A stretch of DNA of 64,000 nucleotides from Histomonas meleagridis 2922-C6/04-290x (taxonomy: Eukaryota > Protista > Parabasalia). The translations under genes were made by a program, and so were the position numbers. The stretch lies in the NCBI GenBank assembly GCA_020184695.1, contig JAANOX010000088.1, forward strand, positions 22,640-86,639, read 5' to 3'. Positions 21,618-32,233 of this stretch are shown piece after piece (within the stretch, counting starts at the first letter, position 1; each line of letters starts with the position of its first letter). The notes under the pieces are model-generated. The model was given only the letters and a program-made list of their open reading frames with translations, did no database searches and was not told where the DNA came from.

Positions 21618-22589
21618 ATGCCATTTCAAAACGAAATGGATCCTTTCGACGAACCAAATGACCCCGCACAAAAAACTTATATTGACGAGTCTGACAATGT
21701 GAGAAAGTTATTTTTTTTTGCTAAGCTTGGTCAAACAGATCAATCAATTGTTTATTCTGCACTTGATCAAGATGTTAATCCTAACAGAAAAGTAGCTATC
21801 AAAATAACTAAAAATACCGGAGGTATTTCTGGCGCTATGTTTGATAATGCATGTGCAGCATTATCTTCGTGCGATAGCAAATACGTAGTAAAATTTTATG
21901 GTAAAATTTTTTCCAATGATAGAATGTTTGTGGGCATGGTAATGGAATACATGGAAAGCGACCTTTATAAATTTATTGAAAACCCGCAAAATATTCTAAA
22001 TGAAATACAACTTCGCCAAATAATGGGGCAAATTCTTTGTGGCCTCAAATATATTCATTCTATTGGTATATTACATCCAGACCTTCACCCGTCAAACATT
22101 TTGATAACAATGGATCCACATGGATATCCGCATGTTCGTTTAACAGGCTTTTCTTATGCGGCCAAATTACCACCACAAGGCCTGATTCAAAGACAATTCG
22201 GGAATCCTATATTTTGGTCACCTGAAATTATTTTAAATCAGCCATTTTCTTTTTCTGCCAACATTTGGTCTGCTGGACTTGTCATGTACTACATCATTAA
22301 AAGGCTCATACCATTTGATCCGTCGCGTACAGATTTAATGTTTACACAAATTCTGAATTTCAACCAAATGTCATTAGAGGGCATTGGCCTTTCACAGCTA
22401 CAAAAAAGTTTGATACTAGGTATGATGCGTCGGGAACCATCTGAAAGGTTTACAGTGAATGATTGTCTCAATCATGAATGGCTTGCAGGATTTCTCACCA
22501 AAGAAAATTCAAATTCACCATTGCTCATGAATACTCTTTATGTTGTATTGGATGGTTGTGAATATGATCAAGATATCTGTCAATCTTGA
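21618..22589 (+). CDS. Protein kinase fold, probable pseudokinase
   Basis: VAIK, MVMEY and WSPE motifs present, but HRDLK reads HPDLH and DFG reads TGF. First ATG in frame is 21618. Confidence 0.8.
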   Translation: MPFQNEMDPFDEPNDPAQKTYIDESDNVRKLFFFAKLGQTDQSIVYSALDQDVNPNRKVAIKITKNTGGISGAMFDNACAALSSCDSKYVVKFYGKIFSNDRMFVGMVMEYMESDLYKFIENPQNILNEIQLRQIMGQILCGLKYIHSIGILHPDLHPSNILITMDPHGYPHVRLTGFSYAAKLPPQGLIQRQFGNPIFWSPEIILNQPFSFSANIWSAGLVMYYIIKRLIPFDPSRTDLMFTQILNFNQMSLEGIGLSQLQKSLILGMMRREPSERFTVNDCLNHEWLAGFLTKENSNSPLLMNTLYVVLDGCEYDQDICQS

Positions 22590-22807
22590 AATACAATCAG
22601 GATGTAAATTCTTATGTATAAATTTTTTTTCGGGGTGTGTGTGTATTGAGGATCTAAATAGTGTTTAAATCGATAAAGTTCGTACAATTTACTAAAAAAG
22701 AAAAAATCAATTTTAAAATAGTAAACCTGCAACTATAAGAACGTTTAGTTTTTGTGCATTAATTGAAAAGTTTATGTTTTACAATTCATCTTCATTAGGG
22801 AAAAAGA

Positions 22808-24085
22808 ATGATTGACTCAACAGAAGAAAATACACAAAATGAAGTTGAAGACATGTCAAGACTTTCCACACAGGAAATTTTAAAACTTCAAGAAATAAAA
22901 ACTATACCTGAATCATCATTTCAATTGATGATTCGTCCAGTACTAACTTCACCAGCAATCAAATCTCAAAATACACTGGGAATTGAAATTCGAGTTCAAA
23001 GATCTGAAAAGCAAGATTTCAATACAAAAATTCCTCCTTCGATTATTCTGAAAAATAAAAATGATCCCTCATCTTGGTACCAGCTTCAAAATTATGAATA
23101 CAATTCATTTTTGCTTAAAGTCAAGTTCAACATGATGGTTTGGGATCATACTGCATTTTTTTCAGCTCCAGCTCTTTTTCTTATTGAATGCAAAAACGTA
23201 CTTGTTGTAGCTCTATCTGATGATACTATTCATTTTATTGACACTGAATTAGGTTGTTGTTGTTTTCCGCCAATTTTGATTGGGGAAAAAATCAAATACT
23301 TCAGCAGCTATAGTGAACTTATTACATGTATTACACATTCAAACAGGCTTTTTATTTGGCAAATAACTCCACCAAATAGAGTTGATGCTATTCTTATTGT
23401 ACAATATTTTGGTGAGCTCCCCAACATTAAGAACGTCAGACTAACAAATGAAATTGTTGATCAGTCAGTTTCTCCGATCATTGAAACAAATGAATTTTCC
23501 ATTCGTTATTCTCAAACGAGATGTGGATGGGTATCGTACTCTCAAAAAGTTCCCGATATTTTTAACAAAAAGTTTGAAACCGAAACGATAGCTGATGTTG
23601 AAACTCAATTTTCGAATTCTCTTCTTCTGCATGAAGAAAAAACTTTTTATCAATCTTTTCAACAACTTGTTCGATGTTACCTATACGAAGCCAACAAATC
23701 GCACGTCATTGTTCTTATTCATGAACTTATGAGTCATATGGCAAAAGGAGTTGAACAATACTGTGGAATTAACGCGAGAGAACTTCTCGAATCCACACTC
23801 TCAATCATAAGTGAGACAGATCCAAACCTTACAGAGAAAATTAAAGCGGATGAATTGTATCAGATAGCAATAAATCCTCCTGTTAAAGAAAATCAAATTG
23901 GCATTAAAAACACTTCAAGTGTAATAAACTCAAGCACTCAACAGCCAATCACAAGTTCGATGCAAAAGATTTATTTCCAACAAGCAAACACTTCACCGCA
24001 AACAGAAAACAATGAAATTGAACAAAATAAAAATGCGCACCAAAAACAGCCGACGCTCAAAGACTTCCTCAGCTACATGGAGTGA
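22808..24085 (+). CDS. Protein resembling the HIRA C-terminal (Hira/TUP1-like enhancer of split) domain
   Basis: Pattern VVALSDDTIHFID..CCFPPILI..ITCITHSNRLFIW..ETIADVETQFSNSLLL..FYQSFQQLVRCY matches my recollection of the Hira domain; not verified. Confidence 0.5.
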   Translation: MIDSTEENTQNEVEDMSRLSTQEILKLQEIKTIPESSFQLMIRPVLTSPAIKSQNTLGIEIRVQRSEKQDFNTKIPPSIILKNKNDPSSWYQLQNYEYNSFLLKVKFNMMVWDHTAFFSAPALFLIECKNVLVVALSDDTIHFIDTELGCCCFPPILIGEKIKYFSSYSELITCITHSNRLFIWQITPPNRVDAILIVQYFGELPNIKNVRLTNEIVDQSVSPIIETNEFSIRYSQTRCGWVSYSQKVPDIFNKKFETETIADVETQFSNSLLLHEEKTFYQSFQQLVRCYLYEANKSHVIVLIHELMSHMAKGVEQYCGINARELLESTLSIISETDPNLTEKIKADELYQIAINPPVKENQIGIKNTSSVINSSTQQPITSSMQKIYFQQANTSPQTENNEIEQNKNAHQKQPTLKDFLSYME

Positions 24086-24162
24086 CAGTGTAATTATTGT
24101 AAAACAAATTTTGATAACTTTTTGAAATAATTATTTTGGAGTTATTTTACTTAAGTACGGAT

Positions 24163-27100
24163 TTACATTTCTCCAATCGGAGCTGTAAACTCACTAAATC
24201 CAGCCTTGGATGACCTCTTCTTACGAAGAACTACGATAACAACAACAACAACTATTACGATGACTACAAGTGGAATACAAACTCCAAGAACAATTTTCAT
24301 TGTAGTTGATAATCCGCTCTTTTTAGGTGCTGGACATGTTGTAGTAAGTCCAACAACTGCATTCATTCCGCAGAATGTTGTGTAGTTATATATTGTATCG
24401 ACATATGTTGTGTTTGTGGATATATTTACAAACGAAGAATTGCAGTATTGTGGCTGTTCTGAACCTGGGTAATAGATACATTCGAGTGATGAACATTCAA
24501 AGAATGCATATTCACCAATTTCACGAATACCATTGCCAAACATAACTGTGACTAAGGATATACAGTGATCAAATGCATGATAACCAATGACTTCGGTTGC
24601 ATTTGGTAATTCGATTGATTTTAATAAATCACATGCTTCAAATGCATTTTGACCAATAGTTTTAAGTGCGCTACTAAATATGATACCTGTTAACTTATGG
24701 CACCCACTGAAGGTATGCATATGAATAGTTTCAATAGCTGAAAGAGAAAGATTTACGAATTCAACTTGTGAACCTGAGAAAGAATTAGCAGATATTGTTA
24801 TAAGTGTTAATGGTGGAGTATATGTACCATTTTTATTAAGTGGATAGGCCTTTAATGTTAGATGTTGCTTATCGTATAATACCCCATCGTTTTCATAATT
24901 TGCAAATTTATTGTTTTCTGGATCAACTTCAATTGCATTTAATTTATAGCAATTAGAAAACGGATTCTCTCCAATAGATTCAACTGATTTTGAAATAGAA
25001 ATCTTTGTAAGGTTTATACACTCAGAAAATACATAATTTCCAATTGTTGTTAAAGATTTTGGTACGTCAAATGTTACGAATGAAATACAACCACTAAATG
25101 CACCTTCTTCAAAAGATGTGACGGATGCAGGTATCTGAATACTTGCGATCTTTTCACATCGAGCAAATGCATAATTACCAATTGTTGTGATTTCACAGCC
25201 TTCTTTGAAAGTAACTGTTGACAAACTTCCATCATAATGAAAAGTATAAGAAGAAATAATTTGAACTTTTGCAGGAATTGTAATGGATGTTAATTTAGAG
25301 CAATGTTGAAATGCACCACTTCCAATTGATATTACATTGTCACCAAGTGTAATCGCTTCCAAGCTTGAGCAGTTAGAAAATGCATAATTACCAATTTGAG
25401 TAATTATTTGTGGAACATCCATTTTTGCAATAGCGGAACAGGCTTCAAATGCATATGATCCAATTGAAGTTACATTAACACCAAATGTTATTTGATTTAA
25501 TGAAGTACATCTCGAAAATGCACCATTTGGAATTTCATTAATCATCTTACCAATTTTAGCAGTTGTCAAACTTGTGCAACCAGCATAGACATAAGAACCG
25601 AGTTGAGTTACAGTATCTGAAATTTCTACATTGGTAATTGAAGCACAGTTACTGAAGGCATATGCACCTATTGAATTTACTTTTTGAGGTATTGTAATCT
25701 TTGAAAGTACAGGGCAATCAGAGAAAGCACCATTAGAAATTGTAGTTACATCAGTTCCCATTGAAACTTCAGCTAATTTTGCACATCCACCAAATGCATA
25801 TGCTTCAATTATTGTTACAAGATTTGGAATTGCAATTTTTTCTAAGTTAGAACACATGTTGAATGCATAACTGCCAATTTCTTTGACTGTTTCAGCAATA
25901 GGAAATGTTGAAAATGAGCAATTGCAAAATGCATAAATACCAATTCTTACAAGCTTTCCTTCAGCAACAACTGTTTGAAGAGAATAGCAATTACGGAATG
26001 CAAAATCACTAATTGCGGTAATTGTATCTGGTAAAGTGCATTTGGTCATTTTTTCGCAATTTTCATAAATGTGCGTTCCAATTGTTGTAGTTCCCTTTGG
26101 AATTGAAGCCTCTGTTAAAGCAATGCAATAATAAAATGCATAATCAGAAATAGTTGTGATCTTTTCGCCATAAGTCAATGTTGTTAAGCTTTGGCAATAT
26201 TCAAATGCATGACTTCCAACACTTGATACATCTTTTGGAACATCAACCTTTTGAATTGCTGAACAATTTGAAAATGCATATTGACCAATTGATTTGAGGT
26301 TAGTACCAAGGCTAGTATCTGTTAAACTTATGCACTTCGCAAATGCATAATCAGATATTGTTGTTAAACCAGTTCCAATTTTGACTGATTTAATAGAAGT
26401 GCAAGATTCAAATACATGAGATCCAATAGTAGATACTGAGTCAGGAAGTTCAACACTTGGGAGTTTAGAGCATTCAGCAAAACCATGCTCTCCAATGGTT
26501 TGAATTTTAGTTGGAAATACTAAAGTATCAATTTCTACAGCGCCGTGAAATGCATATTGACCAATTCTAAGGAGTTCTTTACCGAAGTTAACTTTTTGCA
26601 AACCAGTATACTCGAAAGCATTTTCTTTAATATCGGTGATTGTATCAGTGAAATCGAAAGCTGTTAATGGCTTGCAATAACAAAATGCATGGCTTTCAAT
26701 TGTTTTAACCTTAATTGCACCATTTGCTGTTTGCAAATAACTTTGATTATAAAATGAATATTCTCCAATAGTAGTTATAGAGTCAATAATTTTGAATGTT
26801 GTTCTTGGGTTTGCCATTGGATAATACATAATGGTATCCAAAGTAGTTCCTGTCTTCTTATAAAGAACACCATCATTTTCATTATTAGAATATACTGTGT
26901 TTTCTGCTTCTACTTTAACAACTTCAAGACTATAACACTTCCAAAATACATTGTATGATTCTATGCTAGTAACTGATTTTGGTATTGTTATGTTATTAAT
27001 TGATGTACATTCTTCGAATGCATGTTGTTTGATTGTGGTAACTGTCTTACCAAGTAAAACAGTGAAAAGTCTGTAACAATTTGCAAATGCATATTGACCA

Positions 27101-28143
27101 ATTGTTGTAACTTTATCTCCAAAGTAAGCAGATACAAGATTTACGCAATATTGAAATGCATAATCTCCAATTGTTTCTACACTTTCTGCAAATGTAACAG
27201 AAGGTAATGTCCGACAATTATAAAATGCATTGTTGCCAATTTCCTTTACGTTCTTACCTAAGTTGATGGTTGTTAAATTTCTACAGTTCTCAAATGCATT
27301 ACTAGAAATTGTTACTATGGAATCGGGCATTGAAATATTGGACATTGAGTAGCAATAGGAAAATGCAGAATCACCAATATTAGTCATTTTTGATGGAAGT
27401 TTAACATCCATTAAGCTAGAGCAAAATTTGAAAGTACTTGATTTGACTTCAGTAATTGACTCAGGAATTGTGATATGCTCAATTTTAGTGCATTCATAAA
27501 AAGCAGATTCACCAATTTCTGTTACAGAAGTTGGAATAGTTACATTTGATAAATTACGGCATGAATAAAAGCAAGAAGCACCAATTTTTTCAACAGTTGT
27601 TGGAAAAGCAAATTCAGCCAATGAATGACAATTTGAAAGTGCATAGGCTCCAAACTCTTTTATTTCGCCTTGATAAATAAGTTTTTGAAGATCATAACAA
27701 CCGCTGAAAGCATGATCATCTATGACTGAAATATCTTTACCAAGTGTACACGTTACCAAATTTGAACCTGCATAACCAGTAATAGTTTTGATAAGAGTTT
27801 TCTTTGTATATATTGTGAGATTTTTAATGTTGGTACTGCTAAAACAATAAGAATCAAGCGATTCGACATTCTGGCCAATTATAACTGATGTTAAATTACG
27901 GCAATATTCAAATGATTGGTAACCAATTGAAGTTACTGTGTTACCAATATCCACTGATTCAAGTATATCCCAAGATCTAAAAGCATTTCTTTCAATTGTT
28001 TGAACAGGAGACTGAATGATTAAATGCTTAGTCGTTTCTTTGTAGTCATCATATTGACCTGCTTCTATAGAAGTACCACTGTTAATAACTAAGGTATCAC
28101 CAGCGCATAGAGTAAACGCAAGCAATGATAAAAAAGCAAGCAT
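24163..28143 (-). CDS. BspA-like (TpLRR) surface protein with signal peptide, TM helix and short cytoplasmic tail
   Basis: Dozens of 23-aa IPxSVTxIGxxAFxxCxxL repeats; two ENxxxxxxxDGVLY inserts; TM IVLGVCIPLVVIVIVVVVVIVVL followed by RKKR. Confidence 0.95.
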   Translation of the reverse strand: MLAFLSLLAFTLCAGDTLVINSGTSIEAGQYDDYKETTKHLIIQSPVQTIERNAFRSWDILESVDIGNTVTSIGYQSFEYCRNLTSVIIGQNVESLDSYCFSSTNIKNLTIYTKKTLIKTITGYAGSNLVTCTLGKDISVIDDHAFSGCYDLQKLIYQGEIKEFGAYALSNCHSLAEFAFPTTVEKIGASCFYSCRNLSNVTIPTSVTEIGESAFYECTKIEHITIPESITEVKSSTFKFCSSLMDVKLPSKMTNIGDSAFSYCYSMSNISMPDSIVTISSNAFENCRNLTTINLGKNVKEIGNNAFYNCRTLPSVTFAESVETIGDYAFQYCVNLVSAYFGDKVTTIGQYAFANCYRLFTVLLGKTVTTIKQHAFEECTSINNITIPKSVTSIESYNVFWKCYSLEVVKVEAENTVYSNNENDGVLYKKTGTTLDTIMYYPMANPRTTFKIIDSITTIGEYSFYNQSYLQTANGAIKVKTIESHAFCYCKPLTAFDFTDTITDIKENAFEYTGLQKVNFGKELLRIGQYAFHGAVEIDTLVFPTKIQTIGEHGFAECSKLPSVELPDSVSTIGSHVFESCTSIKSVKIGTGLTTISDYAFAKCISLTDTSLGTNLKSIGQYAFSNCSAIQKVDVPKDVSSVGSHAFEYCQSLTTLTYGEKITTISDYAFYYCIALTEASIPKGTTTIGTHIYENCEKMTKCTLPDTITAISDFAFRNCYSLQTVVAEGKLVRIGIYAFCNCSFSTFPIAETVKEIGSYAFNMCSNLEKIAIPNLVTIIEAYAFGGCAKLAEVSMGTDVTTISNGAFSDCPVLSKITIPQKVNSIGAYAFSNCASITNVEISDTVTQLGSYVYAGCTSLTTAKIGKMINEIPNGAFSRCTSLNQITFGVNVTSIGSYAFEACSAIAKMDVPQIITQIGNYAFSNCSSLEAITLGDNVISIGSGAFQHCSKLTSITIPAKVQIISSYTFHYDGSLSTVTFKEGCEITTIGNYAFARCEKIASIQIPASVTSFEEGAFSGCISFVTFDVPKSLTTIGNYVFSECINLTKISISKSVESIGENPFSNCYKLNAIEVDPENNKFANYENDGVLYDKQHLTLKAYPLNKNGTYTPPLTLITISANSFSGSQVEFVNLSLSAIETIHMHTFSGCHKLTGIIFSSALKTIGQNAFEACDLLKSIELPNATEVIGYHAFDHCISLVTVMFGNGIREIGEYAFFECSSLECIYYPGSEQPQYCNSSFVNISTNTTYVDTIYNYTTFCGMNAVVGLTTTCPAPKKSGLSTTMKIVLGVCIPLVVIVIVVVVVIVVLRKKRSSKAGFSEFTAPIGEM

Positions 28144-29452
28144 TTAGCAATGTGGCCCAAATTAATTGAGAGCGCACACAAATTTGTATTATTTTTTCCT
28201 GTGAATATTCACATCCTTTCAAAATTTGTTTTGCCATTGCTCTTGTGATTCACATGATCATTCAAATCAAAATCTTTATAAAGATTGTAAAACTCAATTA
28301 TTGATTTAATTAGATAAAATCGAGACATATATCAGACAAAAATATAATAGAGAAAAATGTATGAATTAGAATTTAAGTTATGGTAGCAGATATCTTTTTT
28401 TCATTTGTCGATTTTGCTCCATGGAAATCCTATCGGAGATTATCTTACTGGCATTTTGTCAATAAATACAATGGGAGTTGAAAAATTCTGAGAGGGGTTA
28501 AAATATAGTGTGAGGTGATTCAAAAAATAAGGCTATTGTGGTTTCGATCGGCGTAGCAAACTATATTAACTTAATCTATTGAAACTGACTTTTTGAATAA
28601 TATTATTCTTGCGAAAGTGTATCTTACACGTTTTTCACTCGATAAAATTGAGATAAACTAGAATTCACAAGCAATACAAAAATAATTATAAAAAATTCAC
28701 TTGGTATTTGATTTTGTCGCGATATCATTTGTTAAATATCGTATTTTGGCAAATTGATGATTTTCGAATATCTCAAAAATGTTACTATCACTTACTATTA
28801 TATAACTCATTCTTATATTTAGGGTTTTTTTTGTGAGTATTGTTCACTCATATCATAACTCAATATTTTTAGCTTGATGAATTTGCTCTCAATTTATTTG
28901 TAAAGGATCAAAATTTGATAACCTAATTCATGAATCAATGAATTTAAAAAGTTGTTTTTTCTGTTTTGTTGTGTCTAATAATGAACAAATTGTTTCGGCT
29001 ATTATTATAATTACATAATTTGTCAAATAAGAAATTTTTCAAAAACGAATTTCTGTATTTTTGCTTTGACCATTAGATATTGAAAATCGTGGATAATATA
29101 AAAATAGAAAAACTAAATTACAAAAATTGATATAAAAAAGTATTAAGTAACATGAGTTTCATACATATATTGAATTTTAACTTCTATATTTAATTTTGAA
29201 GCAAAAAAGTATAATTGAAAAATTTTGATACATATCATAAAAAAGAAAGATAACATAATTTAATAATATTATTTTAATTAACTATGATATATAGGATAAT
29301 TTAATTGAATCTCTTGAAATTTAATTCAGAGGAAAATGAAAAACATTAATTTTTTGATTCGAAACGACCGTTTATTTAACAACGCACTGACAAAAGTGCT
29401 TGTCGGTTATCGTTTCATGTAACGTTCGCTGCGGTTTTAAACCGTTTTCTGA

Positions 29453-30409
29453 ATGAAGAGAAACAAGCAATCAGTGGATGAAATAACTAAAAAGCTTACA
29501 TCACTCAAAGAACGTGCTGCGGGAAAAGGATGTGATCTGAGCGATGATCAAATGACATTTCTTTGCCAAAATGTCAGATCAGTTTTTCTTCATCAGCCAA
29601 TCCTTCTTGAACTATCTACACCCATAACTATCTGTGGTGACATTCATGGGCAGTTTTATGATCTACTTAGGATTTTTGAAATTGCTCATTTTCCACCAAC
29701 AACAAATTATCTTTTTTTAGGGGATTATGTTGATAGAGGTCCACATAACATCGAAACTATATGTCTACTGTTTGCCTACAAGATTAAATATCCAAAGAAC
29801 TTTTTTCTTTTAAGAGGGAATCATGAAAGTTCTTCAGTAAATCGTCTTTATGGTTTCTATGAAGAACTTAGCAAGCGTGGGAAAGGGTCTTTTTGGCGTA
29901 TGTTCAATGATGTATTTAATTGCATGCCATTAGCAGCGATTATAGACGATAAAATTTTTTGTGTTCATGGAGGCCTTTCACCTGATTTGCGTTCTCTAGA
30001 CAATATTAGGAGCATTCCACGACCAGTAGAAGTTGGTCAATCTGGACTCATCTGTGATTTGTTGTGGAGCGATCCAAACCCGAATCAAACAGCTGATTGG
30101 CAGCCAAATCAAAGGGGAACCTCATTCTCATTCAGTAGTAAACCGGTCGAAAAGTTCCTCAAAAAAAATGGGTTCGATTTAATTTGCAGAGCCCACGAAG
30201 CCATTTTGGATGGATATAATTTCCCATTCAAGAATAACACAGGAATTGTAACAATATTTTCAGCGCCACATTGTTGTCCAGAGTTTTATAATAGAGGCGC
30301 AATACTTCATGTGGATGAAAAGCTTCTATGTACTTTCGCTGTGATGGAGCCTGTCAAATGGAAAGAAAACAAGGAAAAAATGAAGGATATAGAATCAACA
30401 GATTTGTAA
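29453..30409 (+). CDS. PP1-like Ser/Thr phosphoprotein phosphatase catalytic subunit
   Basis: GDIHG, GDYVDRG, LRGNHE, HGG and DLLWSDP motifs; RAHE; SAPHCC. Confidence 0.93.
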   Translation: MKRNKQSVDEITKKLTSLKERAAGKGCDLSDDQMTFLCQNVRSVFLHQPILLELSTPITICGDIHGQFYDLLRIFEIAHFPPTTNYLFLGDYVDRGPHNIETICLLFAYKIKYPKNFFLLRGNHESSSVNRLYGFYEELSKRGKGSFWRMFNDVFNCMPLAAIIDDKIFCVHGGLSPDLRSLDNIRSIPRPVEVGQSGLICDLLWSDPNPNQTADWQPNQRGTSFSFSSKPVEKFLKKNGFDLICRAHEAILDGYNFPFKNNTGIVTIFSAPHCCPEFYNRGAILHVDEKLLCTFAVMEPVKWKENKEKMKDIESTDL

Positions 30410-30561
30410 ATAATATAAAAATATATTTGTGTTATTTATGTTTTTTTAAAGTTAAAAGTATTTCTGATTTTTTAGTAATGTGTTTTTTTTATTGAAACAT
30501 TTTTCTACTTTGTCTTCAGTGCCACTTTTTATATATAAATTGATCGGCAAATAAAGTTATC

Positions 30562-31665
30562 ATGGCTACCAAAAAGAAATTTTATTTATTTTTGGCAGCA
30601 CTTATGATTAGGTTATGCGTATTAAAGGTAGGTGAAGTTTTGGATCGAACGCCAGGACTTCATTATACTGATATAGATTATGGTGTTTTTTCAGATGGTG
30701 CTGACCTAATTGTAGCTGGAAAATCTCCATATGACCGTGCTACATATCGCTATTCTCCTTTACTTTCACTGATGCTAACACCCAATTCTATGTTCGGAAA
30801 ACAATTTGGAAAGTTACTTTTTATTTTATTTGATTCATTAACAGGTTTTTTGATTCACCAAATGACTCCTGACATTTCCAAAGGTCAAATGATTCTCTCA
30901 TATATATTATGGGATTTTAATCCTTTTGTAATCAACATCAGCACACGTGGTAATTCTGATTCTATTACATGTTTTCTTCTAGTTTTTACACTATTTCTTC
31001 TTCGTAACAATCATATTATTTTATGTGCAATCATCTATGGTATATCAGTTCACATGCGCTTATTTCCCATATTTTTTGTCTTCACATTTTTTGTATTTCT
31101 AAAGAAAAAAGTTTTTGTTTTTGGAATTATCTCATTCGCCACTTTCATGGCACTTAATTTTATTTTTTACTATCAATATGGCGATGAATTTCTTTCCGAA
31201 ACTTTTCTTTATCACTTAAGCCGTACTGATTATAAGCATAATTTTGCTGCTCCATGGCTTTCTAATTATTTAGGCAAAGATCCTACGAAAACGTGGTCAC
31301 TTTGTCGAATCATTTTAATCATTATAATTTCTCTTTCATTAGGAAACGAAATAGAAAAGTGTTGGACACTTATAATATTATGTTTCATAGGGTTTAACAC
31401 TGTTTGTACTGTGCAATATTTCGATTGGAGTTTCGCATTGTTGGCATTGATACCTAACTATGTGATGAACAAAAGATTTTTGTTTTCTGTGATCTTTTGG
31501 ACTATTGCACATGTCGCTTGGCTCCTGACAGCATATTTACTTGAGTTTAGAGGTAAAAATGTGTTTGTGCCATTGTGGGTGCTGTCGATGATAGTGTTCG
31601 CAGGTAATAACTCATTGATATTGGCATTGCTGAAAAGCAAAAATGAAAAAGAAAAAGAAAATTAA
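30562..31665 (+). CDS. PIGM: GPI mannosyltransferase I (PIG-M/Gpi14 family)
   Basis: YTDIDYGVFSDGA..SPYDRATYRYSPLL, ISTRGNSDS, YHLSRTDYKHNFA, FNTVCTVQYF; multi-pass membrane protein. Confidence 0.92.
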   Translation: MATKKKFYLFLAALMIRLCVLKVGEVLDRTPGLHYTDIDYGVFSDGADLIVAGKSPYDRATYRYSPLLSLMLTPNSMFGKQFGKLLFILFDSLTGFLIHQMTPDISKGQMILSYILWDFNPFVINISTRGNSDSITCFLLVFTLFLLRNNHIILCAIIYGISVHMRLFPIFFVFTFFVFLKKKVFVFGIISFATFMALNFIFYYQYGDEFLSETFLYHLSRTDYKHNFAAPWLSNYLGKDPTKTWSLCRIILIIIISLSLGNEIEKCWTLIILCFIGFNTVCTVQYFDWSFALLALIPNYVMNKRFLFSVIFWTIAHVAWLLTAYLLEFRGKNVFVPLWVLSMIVFAGNNSLILALLKSKNEKEKEN

Positions 31666-32233
31666 AAATATCTTTGTTCGTATTACAATAAAACTTATTA
31701 ATGTTTTCCACATTTTTTATATTTTTATATAATTTTTATATGTTTTATTTTGTGTTTAATTAACTGTAATCATATAACTTAAAAAATCATCTTTATCGAT
31801 GTATTTGGTTATGAACAATAATTTGCTCAAAACATATGCATTTATGAAACAATGCATAATTTTTTCTCAATTCGCATTTAATTCAGTTTGAACATGTGAT
31901 AAAAAATAGAAACATTATATCTTTTACAATATTAATAAACTATTTATAAATTCAAAAAACAAAATTTAAATAATGACTTCATATAATAACCTACCACACA
32001 AGATCCATCATGAAATAAATTGATAAACAAATGGTTAGTTTGAAATTAAAAAGTACTCAATAAAATCTTTAGGATTTTTCATTAAGTACTTATTTGATAT
32101 ATCAACTTTAATATAATCATAAATGAATATATAAAAATATTTTAAATCCTGTATTTTTACTTGCATAATGTAACGGTTATAAAAATTAGTGAACGTTAAA
32201 CCAATTTTTAATAGAACAGTTTGCTCACTTCAT

